This document shows, in pieces, positions 51,638 to 62,823 of a DNA stretch of 64,000 nt. A model generated the notes under the pieces. It saw only the letters and a list, made by a program, of their open reading frames with translations, was not told the origin of the DNA and did no database searches. The position numbers and the translations under genes are program-made. Origin of the DNA: Felis catus (lineage: Eukaryota); contig NC_058383.1 in assembly GCF_018350175.1 (NCBI RefSeq), positions 28,336,001-28,400,000 of the forward strand, read 5' to 3'. How positions within the stretch are numbered: the first letter of the stretch is position 1; every line of letters starts with the position of its first letter.

Positions 51638-54392
51638 ACATCTTCTTTATCCATTCATCCATCAGTGGACATTTGGGCTCTTTCCATACTTTGGCTATTG
51701 TTGATAGTGCTGCTATAAACATGGGGGTGCATGTGTCCCTTTGAAACAGCACACCTGTGTCCCTTGGATAAATACCTAGTAGTGCCTTTGCTGGGTCGTA
51801 GGGTAGTTCTCTTTTTAATTTTTCAAAGAACCTCCACACTGCTTTCCAGGGTGGCTGCACCAGTTTGCATTCCCACCAGCAGTACAAAAGAGATCCTCTT
51901 TTCTCTGCATCCTTATCAACATCTGTTGTTGCCTGAATTGTTGATGTCAGCCTTTCTGACAGGTGTAAGGTGGTATCTCAGTGTGGTGTTGATTTATATT
52001 TCCCTGATGATGAGTGATGTGGAGCATTTTTTCATGTGTTGGTTGGACATCTGGGTGTCTTCTTTGGAGAAGTGTCTATTCATTGTGCCAATTTCTTCAG
52101 TGGATTATTTATTTTTTGGGTATTGAGTTTGATAATTCTGTATGGATTTTGGATACTAACCCTTTATCTGATATGTCGTTTGCAAATATCTTCTCCCATT
52201 CCATCAGTTGCCTTTTAGTTTTGCTGATTGTTTGCTTCGCTGTACAGAAGGTTTTTATTTTGATGAGGTCTCAATAGTTCATTTTGCTTTGGTTTCCCTG
52301 ATCCCAGAGACGTGTTGAGTAAGAAGTTGCTGTGGCCAGGGTCAGAGAAGTTTTTGCCTGCTTTCTCCTCGAGGATTTTGATGGCTTCCTGTCTTACATT
52401 GAGGTCTTTCATCCATTTTGAGTTTATTTTTGTGTATGGTGTAAGAAAGTTGTCCAGGTTCATTCTTCTGCGTGTCGCTGTCCAGTTTTCCCAGCACCAC
52501 TTGCTGAAGAGACTGTCTTTATTTCACTGGATATTCTTTCCTGCTTTGTCAAAGATTAGTTGCCCATACATTTGTGGGTCCATTTCTGGGTTCTCTATTC
52601 TGTTCCGTTGATCTGAGTGTCTATTTTTGTGCCAAGAACTTTTTTTAATAACTTTTTTTAAAATAAAAACTTAAAAATAAATTTTTAGATAGTGTTGTAT
52701 TGGAGTCATAATCACATAGTGGTGGTTTTATTTCGTTTTAACTCAGCAGGTATTTATTTGGTTCGAGTGTGTGTCTAACACTGCACCAAATCCAAGGTGT
52801 GTAGCAATAAACAAGATAAGGCGTCTGCTCCCTGGAGCTAAAATTCCCGTGGTTTCAGAGGACTGAGCAACAGTCCTGCTGAGGGTCACGTTTCTTGGTT
52901 TCTTGGTCCATACCCCACCCCCCCCCACTTTTATTTCCCATCTGAGACTATCTTTTATCACTTATTTCCTTACTCACGCTGAACTCTTCCTCCCGATTAT
53001 TTCCTTCACTTCAACTTAGGATCCCCCCAAAACCCAATCAACTTGTTTTGACCATTGAACTTAGTGAAAACCAACCCTCTGTTTTCATTTTGTTACTGTC
53101 CCCTCTTTTGCACTCTCTGTATGTTAAATTCTCCTATCACCATTTATACTGAAACTCTGCCCTTGAAAGGAAGGGTGACCACTTTTGAGTAGTTTCTTGG
53201 TTCTTTTCTTACTTCAGAGTTGCTTAAACTTTTCCCAGAGAATCCCTGAATGGCAAAAATAAAATAAAATTAAATTAAAATAAAATATAAAATAAAATAT
53301 AAAATAAAATAAAAATAGAATGTACATAGGAGGCCAGGGGACATGGCTCAAAGCAGCCTTTCCATTAGCAAGAAATTTCTTTGAAATCTTGTTTTCTCTT
53401 TCGAAAACTTTATTGAATTTTTCTCTTTCTACTTCATGATATAATTGTTCTACCATAAAAATGTTATAAAGGACATACCAATTAAATTGAACTTTCCCAC
53501 AAGTCTTTGCACAATGAATGTTCTAGGATCCACCTTTACCCCGTACTTTGTCCCAAGGCCCCGGCCCCAAGAGTGGCTGTATATTGTGTATTTCCAATTT
53601 GAGAAGCTCAGTTTCACTGGAGTTTCTGTGGCATTTTGTAATACTGACTCTTCTCCCTTAAAACACCTATTGTCATTTGTCTTTTATGACCTTTACTGTC
53701 TAAGTTTTTCTTTCCCTAACAGTGTTCTCAATTTCTTCATTGGCTCTTTTAGGCTTCCTTTAAATTGTGACCACTCAAGTTTTGTCCTTAACAAAACTTT
53801 TCATCTTGTCCCCTCGCCCACTTTTCTGAGTATGCCTGAGTCTTTAATGGTGCCTCTGAGCTGTGACTCCACTTTAAATCAAACACATGCCCTAAGTTGT
53901 GGGCCCACGTTTCTGCTGGCATCTTAAACTCACCGTGTCCAAAAGTTAAATCTGCTGTTTTCATCTCCTTAAACCCCCCTCGTAGGTTCCTCATGTAGCC
54001 ATTTGGGTCTTAAACTCAGAGTCCATTTATGTTTGTGGCTCCAGCTCCTTTCTCCACCAGTCACTTTGCACATCGCATCCCTTCTACCTCTGCGGTATCT
54101 CCCATCCACTCCCGCTGCCCCACGTTGTGTTGTTGAGAAGCCGTCTGCTTTCTCTGTCTCTAGTCACTTTCTTTGCCAACTTACACTTCAAACTGCCAGC
54201 AGTTTGCTTTCTGAAAGACAGTTACTGCTTTGTTTAAAAACACTTCTGTTGTGAAGTTTTCAGATTTTAAAAAGTAATATGGATTGTAAGATTGAAATTT
54301 TCTCACCCACAAAAGTAACACACACATTGACAAAAGTAAATGTGTGAGATGATGGAGATGTTACTTAATTCGCTGAGGAGAATTCCTTTGCC

Positions 54393-54423
<31 letters not shown>

Positions 54424-57400
54424 CATAAATATCAAGTTATCACCTTGTATAGTTTAAATACCTTACAATTTTATTTCTCAGTTATATGTCAGTAGAGCTG
54501 GGGGAAAAAGGGTAAAACGGTAAGCATAACACATACTAGATACATGTGCCAGTGTGAGTGTAAAGTGGTTTTCCACAAACACATTCATATTTTTCAGAGA
54601 AACTTAAGAATTTGCACACAAAGTAGGATAAAGTCTAAAATACCCTTATGTTAGGTCAAGCCATGCCACCGAATGAGTTTGCCAAATTTATGAAGAAGAC
54701 TAGTTTTCAGAGTTTCTGTGTTTTAACATTGCAAATAAAGTATTGTAAGGCCGAACCTGAAAAAATATTCTCCTTTTTTAACTTGTATTTTTTTTATAAA
54801 TTTTTTTTTAATGCTTATTTATTTTTGAGAGAGACAGAGACAAAATGTGAGTGGGTTGGGGCAGAGAGAGGGAGGTGCAGAATCCGAAGCAGGCTCCAGG
54901 CTCCGAGCTGTCAGCACAGAGCGGGGCTCTAACTCACGAGCCGTGAGATCATGACCTGAGCCGAAGTCGGTCGCTCAACTGACTGAGCCACCCAGGCGCC
55001 CCTTAACTTTTATTTTTTAAAAAATCTTAGTATCCATGAATTTGTGGATTAAATATACTAGTTTTTTGTTTTCTAATAACATTTAAAAATATCTGAATCT
55101 TAAAATTTTAAATCTTAAAAACTTTATTGATGTTAAGAACAAGATTGTTTAAATTTAAAAATCTTCTTGAACCAATTAGCTCTTTGGGACACATTGGTTT
55201 AAAATAAACGAAAAGACCTATTTTATGTTCCTGGATTGTAAGATATATTCCTTTCATAAGAGTTGAGGCATCTTAAATAGAGAAACTTACTTTCCTCCTT
55301 TCCTTGTGTTATGAAACAGTTGGCATGCAAGGAGTTACTTATTGCTGCGTAACACACTGCCCCAGGATTTGGTGGCTTGTAACAACGAACATTCATTATC
55401 TGTGGCCAGAAATCTCTGGGTGGGGCTAGTGGGGCATTTCTCAGGAGATCCGCTTAAAGGGTAGCCAGGGACGTCGTCATCTGAAGATGTGGCTGGGGCT
55501 GGAGGATCCCCTTCTGTGTGGCTCCTCACATGGCTGCTTGCACGAGACTCCATTCCTTCCATGTGTACCATTCCCTAGGACAGCTTGAATGTCCTTATGA
55601 CGTGGTGACCCAGCAGAGAAGGCAAGGAGGAAGCCGAGGGGCACGGTGGTTTGTGACCCAGTCTTGGAAGTTGCACAGCACTCTCATTTAATATGTTTTT
55701 TGGTTCAAAGAAGTGACTTGAGCCCACACTCCAGGAGAAGGCAGTTAGGCTCCACCTTTTGGAGGGAAAGGAATGTCATACTTTAAGCTATCACACCAGC
55801 TAATAAATAGTTGTCCCCAAAAACTCAGTTAAGTTGTATTTTCAGTGATGAGATTGGAAACATTTCTGGTGTGCTTCTGTCTCTCCCATCGTCAGCTGCA
55901 TAGCTTCCGTTTGTGCAGGGATGCTCGTGTACATCTCTGAGCAGTATATTGTAATGCAAAGAGTATGGGACTTGGGATTCAACTGGAAAGTTTGTTTACT
56001 TACTATCTAAGGAATCTCCAGGGGCGCCTGGGTGGCTCAGTCCATTAAGCGTCCGATTTCAGCTCAGGTCATGATCTCACAGTCTGTGGGTTCAAGCCCT
56101 GTGTCAGGCTCTGTGCTGACAGCTCAGAGCCTGGAGCCTGCATCGGATTCCGTGTCTCCCTCTCTCTCTGCCCATCCCCTGCTCATGCTCTGTCTCTCTC
56201 TGTCTCAAAAATAAAAACATTACAAAAAATTTAAGAAATCTCCAGCATATCTTCCCTGAGGCATGGTTTTCTCACGTATAAATTGGGGATGATGATTATG
56301 ACATCTACAGGGCGAAGACAGAATGGAGAGATATTTGGAAACTGTAAAAATCACTTTTTCTTTAAACTGCCTGCCCTAAAAATAGCTTATTAAATATTAG
56401 TTCTTACCTGACTCCTGAACAGCTAACATTTATATGCCATTTAATATGTGCCAGGCATGGTTTTAAACCCTTGACATTTATGAACTCATTTAGTCCACAA
56501 TAACCCTAGGAGGTAAGGACTACGCTTATCCTCATTTATAGAGGAAAAAACATTTAAGAGGCTGGGGACATTAAGAATCTTGTTGAGGTCAAGTGGTAAA
56601 TCCAGGATTTGAACCCAGGCAGCCTGGCTCTTGAGACATATGACCTAATTTGACAAGGATTTATTCATCCAGCGTTTCCTGAATACCTGTTGTATTCAGA
56701 CAGTGCTAGGTACTGGGAAGTCTTACACTGGACTTTAAAGTTGAAAAGCTGAATTCCTGTGTATTGTTTGACTTGGTATTTCAGTTTAGTTGATGTTTAA
56801 GTTGGTAACATGGGTTCTCTGGATTTTTAAATTGTCTTTCGAGTTAAATGATACTCTTAAATTTAAATATTTTTTTAAATGTTTATTATTAAGACACAGA
56901 GAGAGACAGAGTATGAGCATGGGAGGGGGAGAGAGGGGGGGAGACACAGAATCTGATGCAGGCTCCAGGCTCTGAGCTGTCAGCACAGAGCCCGATGTGG
57001 GGCTCAAACTCACAAACCGTGAGATCATGACCTGAGCCGAAGTCAGACACGTAACTGGCTGAGCCGCCCAGGTACCCCAAATGGTACTCTTAAATTTAAA
57101 AAAGCATGAATAGTTTGTGATTTGGATAGTAACCCTGCATCTTCTTTAAGTATAGAGAATTACCTGGCCATTCAGGTGGCAGAGGCTGCCTTAGAGTAGA
57201 GTTTTGGGGGCGCCTGGATGGCTCGGTTGAGCGCCCAACCTTGAGTTCAGCTCAGGTTGTGATCTCATGGTTATGAGATGAGCCCCGAGTCGGGGTCTGT
57301 GCTAAGCGTGGAGCCTGCTTGGGATTCTCTCTTTCCCTCTGTCCCTCTCCTCTGTGCGTGCATGCTCGCTTTCTCTCAAAATAAACATAAACATAAAAGA

Positions 57401-60400
57401 GAGGTTTGTTTTAAGCTTTTCCTGTATCTATAATTTTAACTGATTGTGGTTTTCTTCCTGCTATAGACCTCTTTTATATGGAATTTTAGCTCATTTCTTG
57501 CACGGAACTAAGGAGGACCTCCAAAATCCATTTTCGAGAGGGTCTTCACTTCAGCCTCCAAACCCAGATCTTGGCAGACAACCTAGCGGAAGAAGGCAAA
57601 GGGGTATGAATTTCCTGAACTTCATCATTTTGCTGTCAGCACGTATATTTTCTTAAATATTTCTCTCTGGAATAGTTTTTCTTGAGCTTTTGAGTCGTAG
57701 TTTAATTCTACTTACACTTAATACAGTTTTGGTCTGTGTTACTTATCATCCTAAAAACAAAATGCTTTTTGGAAGGAGAATCTGGAGGGAAATGACTGGA
57801 CAAAATTCTCAGATATTATTTCTATACAGAAGTTTGGAAAAACCTGATTTTCACATAGATTTGTACTCTTTGGAGCAGGTTAGATTATTGGTATACTGAA
57901 CAAATAGCATTTTATCAAATCATCACTTCCCCCCCCCCGAAAAGTGAGGAAAGATCTCTGCTTACAGATAGAGAAGCCACATGTTTCTGTACCCTTTGCA
58001 TTTTTATTTAAAAAATTTTTTTAATGTTTATTTATTTTTGAGAGAGAGAGACAGACAGACAGCATGAGTGGGGGAGGGGCGGAGAGAGAGGGAGACACAG
58101 AATCCGAAACAGGCTCCGGGCTCCAAGCTGTCAGCACACAGCCCGACTTGGGACCCGAACCCACAAGCTGAGAGGTCATGACCTGAGCCAAGTCAGACTG
58201 ACTGAACCACCCAGGCGCCCCCTCCCCCACTTTGCATTTTTAGAATACTGTTTGTGGAAGACTGGCAGCTACCTATAAATAACGAATTCTTAGGAGGACA
58301 GCCTCGGTTTCTTTAGAATGCTCCCTCTTCAAATGAGCTTTCTGTTGTTTTGTTCACATCAGCCATAGGCTGTCATTTTGCTCATCTGAACTGAGTGGTT
58401 TATTAGCTCCTCCTTTCCAGCTTCAGTCGAGTTGACCTCTTTCTAAGGCCGGTCATAGGTGGGGCTCAGGCAGCAGATCAACAGAACAGCTATAGCCCTG
58501 GAATGTGGAAAGAAACTTGTAGAAACCTCTGAAATACAGATCGCCCTTGGTAGTTTTCATAAACTGCCGTGAGCAGTATTGATCATGCCAAATGCTTGCT
58601 GTGTCTCCTCGGATCTGAAAGTGAAGTATTTGTGAGGCAAGGCAACCTCTTGAGGAGGTGATTTCTGATTTCACTACGAGTTATCCATTATCTTAGAATG
58701 CTGAGCTGATAGACCGTTGAAAAAGAAATCATCCCACCTCCTTCCTTCCTTGACGCTTGAGCAAACCGACCCTGAGAAGTTAGGTGACTCCTCTGAAGCC
58801 TGCAGCTGATCATTTTTAGCCGAGTCGGCATCCCTCCGTGCCCTTCTTGTACACTTTTCGGGGTTTGTGAGGAACTGTCATGAGTGCCTACTGGCCGGCA
58901 AGTACTTAAAACAATTACGTGAGTAAATGTCGCAACGTTCAGATAATACAGTGTAAACTTCCCTTTCATCTCTTCCGTCTTGTCTCGGCCCCACTCCCCA
59001 CTTTCCCTCCCTTCCACGGAGGGAAGGCCCCCGTTAGCAGGTCGGCGGGTCTCCCCGGGATCCGTTTCCTGTGTATTTATGTATTCTGCTCCTGTGCGTG
59101 TCCTCCTGCAGTTGGCTTTTCTTCACTTGTCCTGTCAGCACGTGGACATCCCCTTCTACCTCGTTCTTAACTTCGTGTAGTATCGCGTGGCTTTGCTAAT
59201 CGTTCTTTACCGATGTGCTGTTATGTTTTTAATTTTTGGCTTCTACCATGTAGCGGTATAGAATTACTTCCTGCCCACACAAGTGTTTGTCTTGTGCGGA
59301 TGCCCAGAAGTCCAGTTGCTGGTTCAGAGCATGTACGTACTAAAAAATGGAGTAGATACTGTCTGATTCCCCTCCAGAGCGGCTTTACCAGGTGACGTGC
59401 CTACCGAGAGCGTACGATAATCGCACTTTCCCCGCGTGATTGCCACCAGGGGATGTTATACACATGAACACTCGCTCACGCGGCAGACCCGCGACACGGG
59501 TATTTTCGTTCCCATGAGGGAAAATAATCTCTGGAGAAAGCACGTTTCTGGCTTGCAAGCTTTTCATTTTTATTTTCTTCCGTTGTACGACGTGGTAATT
59601 CAGCACTTGCCTACAACACCTGGTGCTCATCGCAGGTGCCCTCCTTCATCCCCATCACCTCTTTCCCCCACCCCCAGCCGCCTCCCCTCTGGCGACCGTG
59701 GGTGTGCTCTGTCTGGTTAAGAGTCTCTTTCTTGGGGTGCCTCTCTTTTCTTCCCCCTCTGCTCGTGTGTTTTGTTTCTTAAATTCCACATAGGAGTGAA
59801 ATCATAGAGTATTTACTCTTCTGACTGACTTCGCTCAGCATAATCCTTTCTAGCTCCATCCATGTGGTGGCCCCGCTTGTAAGCTTTTTCTAATCGATCT
59901 CATTCATGGCTAATGGCTAACAACAAAGTTACAAGGAACAGAGTATTTCTTAACTGAGTTCTGTTGTTTTGAGATGTGGGTCACAGAGTAGCAATTGTGG
60001 CTTCACACCTGGGAGGTGGGAGGGCTGGGGAGTGGAAGAGAGAGGGAGGGAGAGAGCGAGCGCGGGCGAGCCAAAGAGGGAGAGGGAAGAGAGTGCATTA
60101 GTTACTTTGGGGCCCTCAGAGACTCCGCTTAGAGTAAACCTTTGGGCGCTTACTCTGTGGGAAGCTCAGAAATGAGGATGGCAGCTGAACTAAAGAAGAA
60201 CGTGATTTTGCAAGTTATTTTTCTTGCCGTCAAAAATTTTCTTGATAACAATGAACTCTTTGTGCAATGATTAAAAACAAATTTTTTTTAATGTTTATTT
60301 TTGAGAGAGAGAGAGAGAGGCAGAGCGTGAGTGGGGGAGGGGCAGAGAGAGAGGGAGACACAGAAACGGAAGCAGGCTCCAGGCTCTGAGCCGTCAGCAC

Positions 60401-62365
60401 AGAACCCTATGCGGTGCTCGAACTCACAGACTGCGAGATCATGACCTGAGCCAAAGTCGGACGCTTAACCGACTGAGCCACCCAGGCGCCCCTGTGCAAT
60501 GATTTGTGAGGAATTATCAGCCCAAAATTGCATTGTGTCCCAGTCGCACACTCGAGTATTGTGTTTACTTTCTGGATTCTAGCTTACTGTTTGATGGAAA
60601 TGTGTTTGATTTGACAACATTGACGAGGTTATGGAGACATGAAAATAATTATTCTTCAGATTACAATACCTGATCTCTGCAGAAGCTCATCCGACTGAAA
60701 CATAAAACACTTAAAATCAAATTCTCTTTTATTTGAACACAAGCCTAAAGCATTCCAGCATGAAAGCACTTCCTTTATCAGAGCTTTCAGAGTGCTGAAA
60801 AAAAGAGGGTTTATGTAGACACTCTCACCTTTGGAATGGTAACCAGTTCATTAGTGGTGCTGGTATTGGTGCTTGAAATATGGAGGCAAAGTAGTTTTTG
60901 GTATAAATAAAAAACCAGATATCTCATAGCAGAGAAAATCATTAACGGAGCTTGATAGCCCATCTGTAAGGCACATGCATAACAACTTCATTTCTTTACA
61001 GTGCTTTTCTAGAAAACCTGAAATGGTTGTGGCCTCAATTTTGTTCTGTCCAGCAAAGCTGCCTAAAAATGAGGGAGGCAGTCATCTGTGATCCAGACCA
61101 GTAGTCTCCCATTTTGTATGAGGGTGATCAGCTGTGGTGGACTAGTGGGAATGGGTGTAGAAGCAAATTGTCTTTAGAATTAGAAAATCCAGGAGCACCT
61201 GGGTGGCCCAGTCGGTTAAGTGTCAGACTCTTGATTTCGGCTCAGGTCACGATCTCCTGGTTTGTGGGTTCGAGCCCCACATTGGGCTCTGTGCTGACAG
61301 CTCAGAGCCTGGAGCCTGTTTCAGAGCCTGCTCCAGATTCTTTGTCTCCCCCTCTCTCTGCCCCTTCCCTGCTCGTGCTCTGTCCCTGTCTCGCTCTCTC
61401 ACACAAAAATAAATAAACACTAAAAAAAAAATTAAAATAAAGAAGCATCAAGAAAAGAAAATCCACTATGTGCTTGTGGTGCTACAATTGCATATTTCTG
61501 ACAACTGCCTAGATTTGTATTCTTTTTCTCTTGTCATCTAGTTGTCATAAAAATGGGTTTTTCCATTGTAAAAAGTGTCTGGGGAATATTTTCAGTTCTT
61601 CACAATTCTCAGAATTTAGTCTTTGCATTGCGTTTTTGTCGCATTTGATTGTTTTAATCTAGAACACTTCTGCCCTCTACCCCTTTGCCTCCATGACAAA
61701 AGAAATTCAGCAGAAGTGACTAGGGCCCCTTCTATTGCCAGAGCACAGGGGGTGGTCACTGGGGCCTTGGGCGTTTCTGAACTCTTCCTGGAGCTTTATT
61801 GTTGTGTTTTTGACTGAAGATTTTCTACAATTTCTGAGATACTTTTCTGATTTGGGTAGGAAGATGTAAACTGCTAGGTTTTTTTTCTGGCCACAAGAGG
61901 GTGCTGCCGAGAGGCATTTCTGTTTGAAGAAAGGTTTCTTAGTTCTTAGTTTCAAAGGTAGAACTTAGTTTCAAAGTTCTTCTTAGTTGAAGAACTTAGT
62001 CATCCTTCAAAATGCTCATTGAACACTGTCCTTGCAAATTCCATTCCTTACGTATCGTGTAAGAGAAGTTTATAACTACTACTTACCCATCGGTTTACTC
62101 CAGGATGCTCTCTGTTCCACCCTTGAGAGTGAGTCTTTAGTACTAACCATTTCCGATTTCCTCAGTAATGGTTTAAAAATGGTGAGTTCCTTTCTTTGTC
62201 CCAAGTCACCTGAAGAACTCCTACAATATCAGGGGCGCCTGGGTGGCTCAGTCAGTTAAGCGTCCGACTTAAGGTCAGGTCTTGATCTCGTGGTTCACGG
62301 GTTCAAGCCCACTGTCGGGCTCCGTGCTGACAGCTCGGAGCCTGGAGCCTCTTTTGGATTCTGTA

Positions 62366-62403
<38 letters not shown>

Positions 62404-62661
62404 CCCCCCCCCCCGCCTCCTTCTTTCTGTCTTTGTATCTCAAAAATAAACATTTGAAATCTCTTTCAAAAAAAGAACTCCTATAGTATTCAAGATACAG
62501 CATTCAAAAATACACGTAGATATGTCTGCACACTGCTTATTTTGACTTGGGATAAGTACTGACATCTGTTTCTGTTAATTTCAGATGACCACCTAAGAAA
62601 GGAGAAGGGGAGTATTAATAATATTGAAGATCCTCTTGTTTCTCAAGCAGTAAAGAGATGA
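45766..62661 (+). CDS. CEP20: CEP20/FOPNL (FOR20), LisH-domain centrosomal protein; join(45766..45793,49194..49391,51082..51166,57467..57603,62585..62661), 174 aa
   Basis: Exon lengths 28+198+85+137+77 = 525 nt, all GT-AG and in frame: [174 protein letters not shown]. Confidence 0.96.
49194..49391 (+). CDS. CEP20: CEP20 exon 2 (includes the LisH motif [22 protein letters not shown])
   Basis: Acceptor tttaacAG, donor GTAAGA, 198 nt. Confidence 0.97.
51082..51166 (+). CDS. CEP20: CEP20 exon 3
   Basis: Acceptor ttttcctccAG, donor GTAAGA, 85 nt, encodes [28 protein letters not shown]. Confidence 0.95.
51182..52633 (-). mobile_element. 5'-truncated carnivore/felid L1 (ORF2 C-terminus plus 3' UTR), antisense in CEP20 intron 3
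   Basis: ORF2 motifs [34 protein letters not shown] and [34 protein letters not shown] at 51169-51181 and 52634-52646. Confidence 0.92.
51582..51635. repeat. (TA)27 microsatellite inside the L1
   Basis: Perfect dinucleotide run. Confidence 0.95.
54800..55002 (-). mobile_element. CanSINE in CEP20 intron 3
   Basis: Reverse-complement SINE ending CCACCCAGGCGCCCC. Confidence 0.88.
55335..55795. mobile_element. MLT1-type MaLR solo LTR
   Basis: Contains TTATTGCTGCGTAACAC...GGTGGCTT...CCCAGTCTTGGAAGTTGCACAGC...TAGGCTCCACCTTTTG. Confidence 0.7.
57205..57400 (+). mobile_element. CanSINE just upstream of CEP20 exon 4
   Basis: GGGGGCGCCTGGATGGCTC head and A-rich tail. Confidence 0.85.
57467..57603 (+). 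CDS. CEP20: CEP20 exon 4
   Basis: Acceptor ttcctgctatAG, donor GTATGA, 137 nt, encodes [11 protein letters not shown]... Confidence 0.93.
58010..58222 (-). mobile_element. CanSINE just downstream of CEP20 exon 4
   Basis: Reverse-complement SINE with a CTTTGCATTTTTA duplication on both sides. Confidence 0.85.
59565..59874 (-). mobile_element. Short carnivore L1 3' end fragment
   Basis: L1_Carn-type 3' UTR; TSD GCTTG(C/T)AAGCTTTT at 59551-59564 and 59875-59888. Confidence 0.75.
62585..62661 (+). CDS. CEP20: CEP20 exon 5, coding part, ending in TGA
   Basis: Acceptor aatttcAG; encodes [24 protein letters not shown], with TGA at 62659-62661. Confidence 0.9.
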
Positions 62662-62817
62662 CATTTCCATCTGGGGCGTCTTTTGTCTTAAAATTGTGTG
62701 TATTCAGTACCATATTTATTCTGCCAACATTACCAAAATACGTCACTAATGTTTGTACTTTGTAGAAATTCGAGTTTCTGCAAAACATTTAGCCCCTCCT
62801 GTTTTACTACATTTGTG

Positions 62818-62823
62818 AATAAA
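62818..62823 (+). terminator. Candidate proximal polyadenylation signal AATAAA of CEP20
   Basis: First AATAAA after the stop codon (about 155 nt downstream), followed by T-rich sequence. Confidence 0.5.

Noticed and set aside
57604..57656. In-frame read-through of CEP20 exon 4 into intron 4 giving an alternative C-terminus
   Set aside because: A normal GT donor and an in-frame exon 5 exist; there is no evidence of intron retention.
61935..62001. Degenerate short repeats of (A/TT)CTTAGTT
   Set aside because: Local slippage-type duplication with no spacer structure or other signal.
861..62503. Dozens of similar short ORFs ([15 protein letters not shown]..., ...HDLTV.EFEP..GLCADS)
   Set aside because: Translations of CanSINE copies, not a gene family or a CRISPR-like array; spacing is irregular and copies have A tails and TSDs.
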